NCBI GenBank assembly: GCA_038043285.1
Contig: JBBTCJ010000041.1
Span: 13,826 to 77,825, forward strand
From: Planctomycetota bacterium
GTDB taxonomy: Bacteria > Planctomycetota > Phycisphaerae > UBA1845
DNA: 64,000 bases
Reading direction: 5' to 3'
Shown: positions 18,621 to 28,390 of the stretch, in pieces
How the letters are laid out: each line of letters begins with the position of its first letter
How positions within the stretch are numbered: position 1 is the first letter of the stretch
Translations under genes and position numbers: made by a program
The notes under the pieces: generated by a model
What the model saw: the letters and a program-made list of their open reading frames with translations, nothing else
The model's database searches: none
What the model was told of the DNA's origin: nothing

Positions 18621-20324
18621 CTAAAACGTCTCGTCAAACGTAGCTGCGGACGGCAGCGTGCTTTGCGGTTCGTCGCCTGATTTCCCGACGTATTCGGTCA
18701 ACACACGCCAGGTCTCGGCGGCCCGATCGAGCAGGCCAAGATTCTGCAGCGCCAAGCCGAGGTGGGCCAGATAGTTGGCGTTCTTCGGCTCGCGCCGAGC
18801 GACCTCGTCGAACTGATCGACGGCCAGGGCAAACTGTCCGCGATCGGAGAATAGCAACCCAAGCTGGTAGTGCAGCGCGATGGATTCCGAGTCCAGTTCC
18901 AATGCCTTCCCGGCTTTGTCCAGCGCGTCATCGAGTCGGCCGGCCTCCCATAGTGCAAGCGACAGCTTCACGTTGGCGGCGGTGTACTGCGGGTTGATCG
19001 CCGTCGCCTTTTGCAGCGACGCAATCGCGTCTTCCAACTTCCCCTGGTGCCGAAAAAGCACTCCGAGGCGATAGTGCAGGTCGGCATGATCCGGGTGGCG
19101 CAGGAGGGCGCCGCGGATGTTTTCGATCTGCCGGTTCACCATGTCGGCGACAGCAGGCTTGTTCGGGCCTGCCGGGGAGGCAACCACGGCCCGTGGGGAA
19201 AGGTATCGCTCGGCTTCGCGCACGGGTCCAAGTTGCAGATGAAGCCGGGCGACCTCCCCGAACAGCAAGGTGCTGTTAGGCTCGACGGCGGACGCCAGGT
19301 CCATGGTCTCACGAGCCTGTTCCGTTTTCCCCGCCGCGACCTGGGCCGCGCTGAGTCCAACAAACGCACCCAATACGCGATCGTTGAGTTCGATCGCCCG
19401 GCAGAAGGCCTCGGCGGCCGCCGCCAGTTCCCCCATGCGAAGACGACACGTTCCGATCTTGGTGATCGCCTCGAGGTAGTCCGGGTTGAGTTCCAACGCC
19501 CGTTGATATTGCCCGAGCGCTTCCTGCTCTTGACCGACCTTGTGATACAAATCGCCCAACTGCAATCTTAAGTCGCCGCACTCCGGCCGCTCGGCGACGA
19601 GGGTCTTTTGGCGGTCAATCGCCTCGTCATATCGCCGGGCTTCGATCAGCGACCGAACGAGCTGATCGCGCGCGTCCCAATTCGCGGGGTCAATGGCAAT
19701 CGCAAACTCGAACCGTCGAACCGCCTCGTCAACGTTGCCCGTCCGCAAATGCATGCAGGCCAAGGCCAGGGTGGCGCCGATGTCGGTCGGATCGTGAAAA
19801 CAGATGTCCTCGTACTGCTCGATGGCCTGGGCGACGTTGTCAAGACGCAGGCTGATCGCCGCAAGACGTTCGCGGGCATTTCGCAGCCTCGGCGCGACCG
19901 CCAGGGCGGAGCGATAGAACGTGGCAGCCTCTTCGGGTTCGCCCAGCCGCTCGAGGCAAAACCCGATCGCGTACAGCGTTGCGGCATCCCCGGGAAAGTG
20001 CTCCAGGGATTCGTGGAGTTGCTCCAGGGCGTCGCGAGTTAAACCGAGTTCGTCCAACACGCAGGCAAGGCCCACGCGTGAAACGCGATCGCGGGCGTCG
20101 ATTTTCAGCGCCTCGGCGAACGCCTCCCGCGCCTGGCGAAGATCCTTGCTCGCGAGCATGGTCAGCCCGCGCACCTGATGCCGGGCCGCCTCTGCAGACG
20201 GTCCATCCGCCGCGTCCCCCTGTGCGCCGCCGGACGTCGGTCCGTTCACCACCAGCAGGTCACGGAATGCCGCGCGCAGCTCGGCGAGCAACCCCCTACC
20301 GAGAATCTCCAGCAGTTGTGACAT
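18621..20324 (-). CDS. tetratricopeptide (TPR) repeat protein
   Basis: 567 aa with an ATG start. It contains more than 10 repeats of the 34-aa TPR pattern (e.g. 'AIASLQKATAINPQYTAANVKLSLALWEAGRLDDA'). Confidence 0.75.
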   Translation of the reverse strand: MSQLLEILGRGLLAELRAAFRDLLVVNGPTSGGAQGDAADGPSAEAARHQVRGLTMLASKDLRQAREAFAEALKIDARDRVSRVGLACVLDELGLTRDALEQLHESLEHFPGDAATLYAIGFCLERLGEPEEAATFYRSALAVAPRLRNARERLAAISLRLDNVAQAIEQYEDICFHDPTDIGATLALACMHLRTGNVDEAVRRFEFAIAIDPANWDARDQLVRSLIEARRYDEAIDRQKTLVAERPECGDLRLQLGDLYHKVGQEQEALGQYQRALELNPDYLEAITKIGTCRLRMGELAAAAEAFCRAIELNDRVLGAFVGLSAAQVAAGKTEQARETMDLASAVEPNSTLLFGEVARLHLQLGPVREAERYLSPRAVVASPAGPNKPAVADMVNRQIENIRGALLRHPDHADLHYRLGVLFRHQGKLEDAIASLQKATAINPQYTAANVKLSLALWEAGRLDDALDKAGKALELDSESIALHYQLGLLFSDRGQFALAVDQFDEVARREPKNANYLAHLGLALQNLGLLDRAAETWRVLTEYVGKSGDEPQSTLPSAATFDETF

Positions 20325-20338
20325 GGATTCCCCGATGC

Positions 20339-21541
20339 CTAGGCTTCCATCGCCGCCAGCGCCGTCTTCGCGGCTTCATATCGAGAGTTCAACGTCAGGG
20401 CGTGCCGGAAAGCGCTGCGGGCCTTGGTCACCCGGCCCTGATCTTTGTAGAGGCTGCCGAGCAGATAGTAGACGTCGGCGTACTCCGCACCGGCACGCAC
20501 GGCTTGCTCCAGTCTTTCCGTCGCGTCCGCGTGGCGAGCAGCGCCGCGATACAGTTTCCCCAGCTCGATCAAGGCGCGAACGCACTTCGGATCCAGGGCG
20601 ACAGCCTGCTCATTCTCAGAGATCGCATCCTTGTTTCGCCCCAGGCGCGCCAACACCCGCCCGCACTGGAAGTGAAGGTCGGCATGCCCGGGTTTGCGAG
20701 TCACCGCGGATTGCACGGTCCGAAGCAGCGTGGAAAACACGCCCTCGTCGACAAGGTCCGTCGGCAGGGCAAGAAGGGCGTCGATAAAGTCCGGATCGGC
20801 CTCTACCAGCTGAAGCATTTCCGCGACAATCGGATCATGCCCGGTCTCGGAATCGGATGCCACTGTCCCGCGCACCTGCACGATTCGCCCCTGTTCGTGA
20901 AGCGCCTTGGCCGCCTGCGCCATCAGGAATGCAATACGCGGGTCATGCGGACGGGCGTTTTGGGCCCGCTGAAGGTGCCTGACCGCGTCAGTAAGAGCGT
21001 GACGAGCGCCCAAACACAACGCGATCTGAACCAACGCCTCGGAATGGTTCCGATCGATGCTGATGGCTTGCGTGAAACGCAGCTCAGCCTCCTCAAGCTC
21101 ATCCGAGGCGGCAAGCATGACGCCGAGTTGATAGTGCAACTCCGCTGAGTTCGGATCGTCCAGAATGGCGGCGCGAAGCTGCTCCATCGCCTGAGCGTGC
21201 CGTGCATCATTCCAGGTTGCCCAGCTTTCCCGAATCTGCGACGCTTCGGTGAACTCCGGAGTTTGAGATGTCTGGGCGAACAAATCGCAGGCGGCGGCAA
21301 GCTCACCTTGCTCCGCCTGCAACGCACCAAGACACGAACTCAACACCGGAGTCGCGCCGATTTGGTTCAACACCCGCGCCAACACGGCGATGGCTTCGTC
21401 AAAACGTCCGGCGTTCATCAGACATATTCCGCGGCGGGTGTCATCGGCGGCTCGAAGTCTGGCCGCCACGCGGGCGGCCATGTCCTCATGGAGCGGTCGA
21501 TCCTGCTCGCCTCGATTGGGTGGGAGGGGGTTGGTGTTCAT
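20339..21541 (-). CDS. tetratricopeptide (TPR) repeat protein
   Basis: 400 aa with an ATG start and a TPR pattern throughout ('YYLLGSLYKDQGRVTKARSAFRHALTLNSRYEAA'). It ends 14 nt upstream of the next TPR gene, so the two are probably co-transcribed. Confidence 0.75.
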   Translation of the reverse strand: MNTNPLPPNRGEQDRPLHEDMAARVAARLRAADDTRRGICLMNAGRFDEAIAVLARVLNQIGATPVLSSCLGALQAEQGELAAACDLFAQTSQTPEFTEASQIRESWATWNDARHAQAMEQLRAAILDDPNSAELHYQLGVMLAASDELEEAELRFTQAISIDRNHSEALVQIALCLGARHALTDAVRHLQRAQNARPHDPRIAFLMAQAAKALHEQGRIVQVRGTVASDSETGHDPIVAEMLQLVEADPDFIDALLALPTDLVDEGVFSTLLRTVQSAVTRKPGHADLHFQCGRVLARLGRNKDAISENEQAVALDPKCVRALIELGKLYRGAARHADATERLEQAVRAGAEYADVYYLLGSLYKDQGRVTKARSAFRHALTLNSRYEAAKTALAAMEA

Positions 21542-21769
21542 GGCGCACTCCGTCCAGACTCGCCAGGGGCCGCCCCCGACGCGGGTCCATATCTATCGGC
21601 GAACCAGGGCGCGGCGCTCATCGGCTGGAAGAGGCCCTTGGGGGCAGGTACTCAGCGGCGGACAGGGTTCGAGGTTATCGGCCTTTCTCACTGCTTGGGG
21701 CCTGGGGACGCCGTTCCGTGAATGCACCGGGGCGCGGGTGCGTTTCCCCGCACGCGGATCGTCAGTACG

Positions 21770-23251
21770 ATGGAATCCATGCTCGTCGATGCGCTTGTGG
21801 AGACGTGCCAACGCTTTCCGAAACGCCCAGCGGTATGCGACGACACGCGCGTTTTGAGTTACGCGCAATTGACCCGATTGGCAGCGGCGATTCGCGGGCT
21901 CGTTCCGGCGCTAACGCAATGCGAGCGGATCGGAATCGCGTTGCCCGCCTCGACCGCCTTCCCGGCGGCGCTGTTCGGAACACTTTGGGCGAACAGAATC
22001 CCCATCCCGCTCAACTTTCTTCTTAGACCCCAGGAACTGGCGCGAATCGTCACCGACGCGGGGATCGACGCCATCATCACCATCCGACACTTCGCGTCGC
22101 TGGTGTCCCAACTGCCGGTCCGCGCCTCGTTCCTGGAGGATCTTCCACTGAAGCGCGCGATGTTCGCGGCAATGTTGCGACGGGCTCCGCTTCCGCCGCG
22201 AGTCAGCCGGGATCAGACGGCCGTGATTCTCTACACTTCGGGGACCTCGGCGGAGCCGAAGGGCGTCGAGCTTTCGTTTGGGAACTTGTACAGCAACTGC
22301 CGCGACGCCATCACATCTCTGGGTATCGATCCCGGCCAGCGCTTTCTGAACATCCTTCCGCCGTTTCATGTGTTCGGTCTGACGGCGGGAGTGCTGGTTC
22401 CCGTCTTCCTTGGCGCGACGGTCCATTGCCTTCCACGGTTCAACCCGATCGCCACGGTCCGGGCTGTTGAGAAGCATCGCATCTCCGTTCTGATGGCGAT
22501 TCCGAGTATGTACGCTGCGATGCTGCGTACGAAGTCCGCCGGTCCGGAGGCGTTTCGCTCATTGTACCTCGCCTTCAGCGGCGGCGAGCCGCTGCCCGAC
22601 AGCGTGCGCGACGCCTTCCGTGCACGCTTCGGCGTAACCCTGCATCAGGGATACGGCCTGACGGAGACGTCCCCTATCGTCAGCGCTTGCTCGCCGCACG
22701 AGTTCCGCGAAGGAACCGTCGGTAAGCCGATCCGCAACGTGGAGTTGCGTATTATCGGCGCAACCGGGAAAGACCTCACCACCGGGTTCGAGGGCGAGAT
22801 TCTTGTTCGCGGACTGGGGGTGATGAAGGGCTATTTCAACAAGCCCGACGAGACGCGAAAGGTGATCGACGAGGCCGGATGGTTCCATACGGGGGACATC
22901 GGGCGGATGGACACGGACGGCTTCCTTTCCATTACCGGTCGCGCCAAGGAAATGCTGATCATCGGCGGGGAGAATGTTTTTCCCCGTGAAATCGAGGCCG
23001 TCCTGGAATCGCACGACGCCGTCCTTCAGGCGGCAGTGATCGGCGTGCCCGACGGCCTGCGCGGAGAGGTTCCCGTTGCGTTCGTGATTCCCAAAAAAGG
23101 CGAAGAAATCTCGACCGATGAGCTGCGGAACTTCGCGCGAAAGTCGCTCCCGAGCTTCAAGACCCCGCGGCGTATCGAGATCAGGGAGGATCTGCCCACC
23201 GGCCCAACCGGGAAGATTCTCAAACGTCGCCTGCGCGAGCTGCTTGGATGA
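21770..23251 (+). CDS. AMP-dependent acyl-CoA synthetase/ligase (FadD-like)
   Basis: 'ILYTSGTSAEPKGV', 'GYGLTE', 'GWFHTGDIG' and 'GKILKR' are adenylate-forming-enzyme motifs. I chose ATG 21770 ('MESMLVDALVETCQRFP'). The track ORF starts at 21722. Confidence 0.85.
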   Translation: MESMLVDALVETCQRFPKRPAVCDDTRVLSYAQLTRLAAAIRGLVPALTQCERIGIALPASTAFPAALFGTLWANRIPIPLNFLLRPQELARIVTDAGIDAIITIRHFASLVSQLPVRASFLEDLPLKRAMFAAMLRRAPLPPRVSRDQTAVILYTSGTSAEPKGVELSFGNLYSNCRDAITSLGIDPGQRFLNILPPFHVFGLTAGVLVPVFLGATVHCLPRFNPIATVRAVEKHRISVLMAIPSMYAAMLRTKSAGPEAFRSLYLAFSGGEPLPDSVRDAFRARFGVTLHQGYGLTETSPIVSACSPHEFREGTVGKPIRNVELRIIGATGKDLTTGFEGEILVRGLGVMKGYFNKPDETRKVIDEAGWFHTGDIGRMDTDGFLSITGRAKEMLIIGGENVFPREIEAVLESHDAVLQAAVIGVPDGLRGEVPVAFVIPKKGEEISTDELRNFARKSLPSFKTPRRIEIREDLPTGPTGKILKRRLRELLG

Positions 23252-23311
23252 GGCACCCTGAAGGTCACAGACGATGCGACGGGGCGCATGAGGCCCAAGG
23301 CTGCCGCAAAA

Positions 23312-24154
23312 TCACGGACTGACGACCACGTCGAGCACCCCGTTGAGGTCAAAATCCCTCGCCAACTCCAACCGCAGCTTGGGGTTCCATTCGCCGTGCA
23401 AATCTTGAAAGAGGTAGTTCGCGCCGCCGGAATGGCGATCGGAAAAGCGATTTCCACTATGCCCGTCGATCCCGGCGAAATCGGCTTCGCCCGGGTCAAT
23501 ATAGCTGCAGTCGTCCAATCCCACTCCGTCTCCACGCTCGGAGTATTCGTTGGCGTCGCCGATCAACGGCAACTTGGGGCGAATGGCGTCCAGGGGCGCT
23601 GACCGATTAGGATTGGGCTTCACGTCCTTGATCCAGCGACCCTGAGGATCCAGTTTGTACGTCCCCGAGCTCCACGCCGGCAGGTACACGCGATAATGTC
23701 CGCTGCTGATCCCATCGTCGCCGACCGATCGGCACAGGAAATACTTCTCCCACCGAATGCCGTCAACGTTGCGCTGAACCGGATAATTCTCGGGAATCTG
23801 CACCGCGTCCTGATAGACGTACTTGTACAGGATTTCCATCCAACCATAGGTGACGGCCGTGGAATAGTGGTTCAACGACGGGTACCTCTCGCTTCGGGGT
23901 CCGGTGAGGTCGTCCCCGCTGGGCAACCAACGCGCCGGGGGCAGCCCGCCGGTAAACATGTTGCTGTAGGTTGCCAGCGCCTTGCCGAATTCGCTGAGCT
24001 TCGCGAGGCAGTGTACGCTCTTGGCCTGCTCCCTTGCACGACTGAGTGACGGCATCAGGATGGTAATCAGAAGCGTAATGATCGAAATGACCACCAACAA
24101 CTCGATCAGCGTGAACGCCCCGCGACCGACACCACAAGACCTGCGTATCCCCAT
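23312..24154 (-). CDS. prepilin-type N-terminal cleavage/methylation domain protein (type II secretion pseudopilin-like)
   Basis: 'GAFTLIELLVVISIITLLITILMPSL' is the classic prepilin leader plus hydrophobic helix. ATG 24154 puts it ~15 aa from the N-terminus. The longer track ORF (to 24388) would overlap the upstream gene. Confidence 0.75.
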   Translation of the reverse strand: MGIRRSCGVGRGAFTLIELLVVISIITLLITILMPSLSRAREQAKSVHCLAKLSEFGKALATYSNMFTGGLPPARWLPSGDDLTGPRSERYPSLNHYSTAVTYGWMEILYKYVYQDAVQIPENYPVQRNVDGIRWEKYFLCRSVGDDGISSGHYRVYLPAWSSGTYKLDPQGRWIKDVKPNPNRSAPLDAIRPKLPLIGDANEYSERGDGVGLDDCSYIDPGEADFAGIDGHSGNRFSDRHSGGANYLFQDLHGEWNPKLRLELARDFDLNGVLDVVVSP

Positions 24155-24324
24155 CACCAAACTCCGATAGGCGAGCGCAACGTTATGCCTTTCCAATTCC
24201 TGGTCCGCCGGATTGTAACGTGTTTCCATTGGCGAATCAATATACGCATCATCGGCACACCGGACCGGTATGCTCCCGTGCTTTGCCGATCCATTCCGCC
24301 GCCGGCAGGCGCGCCCCCGCGCGT

Positions 24325-27192
24325 TTACGGCAGGTACAGGTTCCCCAGCGACGCCGGCGCATAAGCATGGCTCGTTGCCCCTGACCATGTGCTGTACTCC
24401 TGTGACGCGGCGTCAAAGCGCGTGACGTTGAAGCCCCAGATCGTCCCCCGCGTGGCGGCCCCCTCAAACGCGGACAATGGGATGCGTACCTCCGCGGTCC
24501 AGCGGTCAGACCCGGACTGCGTGGCCACCTCGATGTCCACGGCCCACGGGGTGTGCGTCCCGGAGCGTGGCACGATTCCCACCCCCCGCTCAGCGAGGTC
24601 GGCCCCGCTTCGCTTGATGACCACGTGGTAAAGCTCGTCCGGATCGTCCGTTCCGAGATTGGACGGATCAACCAGAAGCTCAACGAGTTCCTCGCCCACC
24701 GGAATCATGTTTTCGTAGCGGACGGTCTTGCGGGTTGCCGCACGATCTTGGTCGCCGGCTTCGGTCTGACAGTTGACGCCGACGTACAGGTGCCGATCGT
24801 CGCGCAGGAGGAACGCCCACGTGGCGTGCCGCGGCGTCCGTGAATCCGCCGACGTCGCGACCTCCACCGATGGTGCAATCGAGAGGAATTTCTCCGCTGC
24901 ATTCGAACTCGCCGGCGGCCAGTCGGAGAGATCTCCGTCGATCGTCAAGTATCCTCCTTCACGCAGCGGCAGGGCAGAGATCATGGCGACCCGCGCCTGG
25001 GTTCGGGCCGACCCCCCCGCTGCCGAGGACGACAGGGGGATGTCAATGGTTCCACCCGTCACGGCGTGCCGCAGATCGCTCCGCGCACGGAACAGAACCC
25101 GCCGGGTGGAATAGCCGTCCATGCCGTCGATCTCGATCCTCGCTGAGTCGGAACTCCATGCGCCGGGAAAGAGCGCGTCAACCGTACCGTCCAGAAGCTC
25201 TGCCCGATGGTTTTCGACGGCCACCGAAAGCTCGATCTCGGTCATGCGCTTCGTAGGAATGCCTGTGGCGCGAACACGAGCGCCTTCGACGTGCAGGCCG
25301 ACGACAGGCGCCAAAGTCCGAAATCGGCGCCAGTCCGATTGCCGGGTCGACGCCGCGGCAAGACCGGCGCTCTCGCCATAGGCAGCCGCCGCAAGCTCCG
25401 CGGCCATGATCCGTCGGGCCAAGTCAAACGTCTTTGCCTCGTCGCTGCCCCGGATCCATTGGTCGCTCACGTCCCGTCGGCGACCGAACGTTCCCGGCGC
25501 GGCCCCGACGATGGCATCACGAACCGCCCATGCGATGCGCTCCAAACCGTGCTCGCGCAGCAAGCGAAGGAACGCCGCGTCCTGTAGACCCCGGCGCAGC
25601 TTCTTGAGTCGAACGGACGCCACCGGCTCCGACAGGCCGAACGCCTGACCAGGATATAGCAGCACCGACGGATCGTATCGTAAACACTCCTCCGGCGACG
25701 GCGTCCGACCGGCCGGCCAATGGTTTGCTTGGCCGAGGAAGATCGCCTCGACGCCCATCGACGCCGTCTGCCATCCGAGGAGCCGAGCCTGCCCATTCCC
25801 GCCAAACACCGACGCCGTGCCGGTACTCGGGGGATCGGGTTCGAGCCACATGCGTCCCGGTTTGACGAGAGGAATGGATCCGAAGCGTCGGTCGAACTGC
25901 TTCGCAGGTGCGATCTCGATGTTCATCGGACCGGGGTTGACGCCCGATCCTTCCGCCGGCGGATCTAGAGTCGTCCCCCTTTTGTCGCTCCGACGAAACA
26001 AAAGCGGGATCCCCGCTCGCGCCAGCGCGGCTGTAACGAGCGGCGAGACTTCCGCGCCAGCTGAAGGTTCCGCGGAGTTCGCCGCCTGGAGAATCGGATA
26101 ATACGCCCGATCCGCCCAGCCGCGTTCGTGAAAGTGCCTGACCGACTCAACGGCGAACTGATGGGCGAACGACGATGAGAGGTCACCGGATGCAAGGCCA
26201 GTAGTTCCATGCTCGGCGGTCCGCCATGTGGGAAGCGGCCATGCCCGCGCCGGCCGCCGCTGAGTAGACCAGCGACCGCTGATACTGCGCTCGACGATCG
26301 CATCGAATCTCGACCAGTCCACAAGCAGTCGGCCGTCAACATCAACTCCCATCACCGGTTGAAGCGCCGGCAACACCGCGGTCAACCGATGTTCCGACAG
26401 CAAGCGCAGCGTCGATCCCAGGAGCGCCTCCAGCTCGGCGCTTCTCCGATCCTCCCACAACGGCTCAGGCGTCGCTTCCGAAGTTCGAGCGGCGGCACCA
26501 TGCGTGAACAGCGCCGCATGGTCCAACTCCGCCAGCGCAAACACGTCAGCCTCGTCCGGCAGGACGATTGGCCACACGGAAACGGCGAGGTCGATGCCGC
26601 CCAGCACTTTGCCATCGCCCAGAACCTCGATCCGCCCCGTGTAATCCCCGGCCGCCGTTCCCTTCGGAATGAGCAAATCGACCCAAAAATAATACGCCAC
26701 CCCCGTCGCCAAACTCGCGGGCATCCCTGCCCCCAGCGAGCCGATCGGCACCAGCGCATCAAGCGGACGGAACTCCCGCTGGGAGGCCGGAATCGACGCG
26801 ATGTGCCAACCTGGCCACGGACCAACTTCGACGGGGTGCATGCGAAACAGCTGTAGCGCTTCAGGCGGGATCGTTCCGCTGGACGACACCAGCGGAGATA
26901 CCTTAAGTCGGGGGCCGCGAACGATCCGTTCCCCCGGGCGCATGGCCAGCTCGAAGCTCAGCGTCTCCTGGATGGCGCCTTCAAGGAAAACCCGCCTCGG
27001 CAACGGGGCGAGGTGGTCGCGTGAGTCATCGCCTCCCCGATCGATCGTAATGGCTGAACCAGCCCAAACCTCTATTTCCGCAGGGACGCTTCGACACCCC
27101 GCGACGATCACCACCCAGAGAAAACACCCCGACGCCTTGAGCGGAAACGAGGTGGCGCTCGAGCTACATCCTCTCCACGCAAGCCGGCACAT
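24325..27192 (-). CDS. large secreted/lipoprotein with glycoside-hydrolase-like (DUF4091-like) body and C-terminal CBM9-like carbohydrate-binding domain
   Basis: ATG 27192 gives 'MCRLAWRG...FLWVVIVAGC', a lipobox-like signal. The alternative start is 27330. The C-terminal 'IDGDLSDWP...HATWAFLLRDDRHLYVGVNC...WGFNVTRF' resembles family-9 carbohydrate-binding modules. The functional call rests on memory of similar families. Confidence 0.5.
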   Translation of the reverse strand: MCRLAWRGCSSSATSFPLKASGCFLWVVIVAGCRSVPAEIEVWAGSAITIDRGGDDSRDHLAPLPRRVFLEGAIQETLSFELAMRPGERIVRGPRLKVSPLVSSSGTIPPEALQLFRMHPVEVGPWPGWHIASIPASQREFRPLDALVPIGSLGAGMPASLATGVAYYFWVDLLIPKGTAAGDYTGRIEVLGDGKVLGGIDLAVSVWPIVLPDEADVFALAELDHAALFTHGAAARTSEATPEPLWEDRRSAELEALLGSTLRLLSEHRLTAVLPALQPVMGVDVDGRLLVDWSRFDAIVERSISGRWSTQRRPARAWPLPTWRTAEHGTTGLASGDLSSSFAHQFAVESVRHFHERGWADRAYYPILQAANSAEPSAGAEVSPLVTAALARAGIPLLFRRSDKRGTTLDPPAEGSGVNPGPMNIEIAPAKQFDRRFGSIPLVKPGRMWLEPDPPSTGTASVFGGNGQARLLGWQTASMGVEAIFLGQANHWPAGRTPSPEECLRYDPSVLLYPGQAFGLSEPVASVRLKKLRRGLQDAAFLRLLREHGLERIAWAVRDAIVGAAPGTFGRRRDVSDQWIRGSDEAKTFDLARRIMAAELAAAAYGESAGLAAASTRQSDWRRFRTLAPVVGLHVEGARVRATGIPTKRMTEIELSVAVENHRAELLDGTVDALFPGAWSSDSARIEIDGMDGYSTRRVLFRARSDLRHAVTGGTIDIPLSSSAAGGSARTQARVAMISALPLREGGYLTIDGDLSDWPPASSNAAEKFLSIAPSVEVATSADSRTPRHATWAFLLRDDRHLYVGVNCQTEAGDQDRAATRKTVRYENMIPVGEELVELLVDPSNLGTDDPDELYHVVIKRSGADLAERGVGIVPRSGTHTPWAVDIEVATQSGSDRWTAEVRIPLSAFEGAATRGTIWGFNVTRFDAASQEYSTWSGATSHAYAPASLGNLYLP

Positions 27193-27346
27193 TCGTTGAA
27201 GCAACGAGAGGGACGGTGTTAAGAACGCCGGACAGAACTCACCTCCGAAAGCAAAAAGTTCCGGCCGTGCCTCGTGGCACCTCGCCATGTGTGGGGGAAG
27301 CGGGTTGCCTTGCTGGACGGGTCGGGTCACAAGTCAGGTTGGACCG

Positions 27347-28102
27347 TTAATGTGGTTCCGACGGTTCCACCGGCGCGCCGGCCGCCTCATCAGAGGTCGG
27401 ATCGATTGCCGGCACTGCGGGCGGCAGGTAGATGACCTCGCTAAACGTCCGGTCCAGATTGCCAAGTCGGTCAAGGGCCATGCGTTGAAACGGCAGGCCA
27501 TTAAGTCGCGAGTTGCCAATGACGGAATCCAGGTATTCCTTCGCCTTTTGTTTGCGGGCAAGGTCGTGATCGAGAGAAAAAGCGTTCTCCTCAATGGTCG
27601 CGAGTCCGAGCAGGGCCGACCCAATCGCAACGGCGTTGTCCGCGAAGCGACCGCGCAGTTGCTCAAACGCCTGCCGCGCCGTGTCGTTCAAGTCCCTGTC
27701 GGGAGGGAAGCTGACCTTTTGGGTCAATCGCAACGCATGTCGCCCTTGATCGAGCAAGGCCGAAAGCGCGAACGAGGAGTCCGATGTCTCGCCCGTCATC
27801 GCCGCGAGATCCTTTAGCGATTGGCGGCCTTTGTCTGGATCGTCAAAGTTCAATTGCGCACGGCGACGCCAAAGATCGTGATGTGCTGCCTCTCGCGAAC
27901 GCACACCGAACGAGACCGCCGCGACCAACGCCACCAGCGCGATCAGGCCGGCGCCGAGCCGTCCGCTGTTCTCATTGATGTAGTCGCGCGCCCCCTCCAA
28001 CGCGTGCAAAAGATCGTTTTCCCGCAACTCGTGTCGCCGTTCCGCCTTCATCGCGTATTTGTCTCGCTCTTCTTGCGCGTCCGGCGCAACCGCGCCGTCC
28101 AT
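27347..28102 (-). CDS. hypothetical single-pass membrane protein with helical (YfgM/TPR-like) ectodomain
   Basis: 251 aa. It has a charged N-terminus ('KAERRHELREND'), one TM helix ('LGAGLIALVALVAAVSFGV') and then a helical region. ATG 28051 is an alternative start. Confidence 0.45.
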   Translation of the reverse strand: MDGAVAPDAQEERDKYAMKAERRHELRENDLLHALEGARDYINENSGRLGAGLIALVALVAAVSFGVRSREAAHHDLWRRRAQLNFDDPDKGRQSLKDLAAMTGETSDSSFALSALLDQGRHALRLTQKVSFPPDRDLNDTARQAFEQLRGRFADNAVAIGSALLGLATIEENAFSLDHDLARKQKAKEYLDSVIGNSRLNGLPFQRMALDRLGNLDRTFSEVIYLPPAVPAIDPTSDEAAGAPVEPSEPH

Positions 28103-28390
28103 CCGAACACCGAACCTGGGTTCCGGTTTTCGAACTCTCTACGTTAGGCTGTTCAGGTCCGAAGGTCAAACGACCCTCGCACGACGCCAAACCCTTTCGA
28201 TTCTCGGCCTTCCCGTCGCCTGCTGACAATACGGCATCGGCGGGGGTGCCGCCAGTGGTGCCTCCGCGGACCGGACTTGCGACAATCGATGGGTCTGGAC
28301 TCGACCGTTCATCGCCTTGACACCAGAGCGTCTCCCCGCGTCCAATACGCGACCCCGGCATTCGTGCGGGCACCCAGAGAGGAGGACGCC

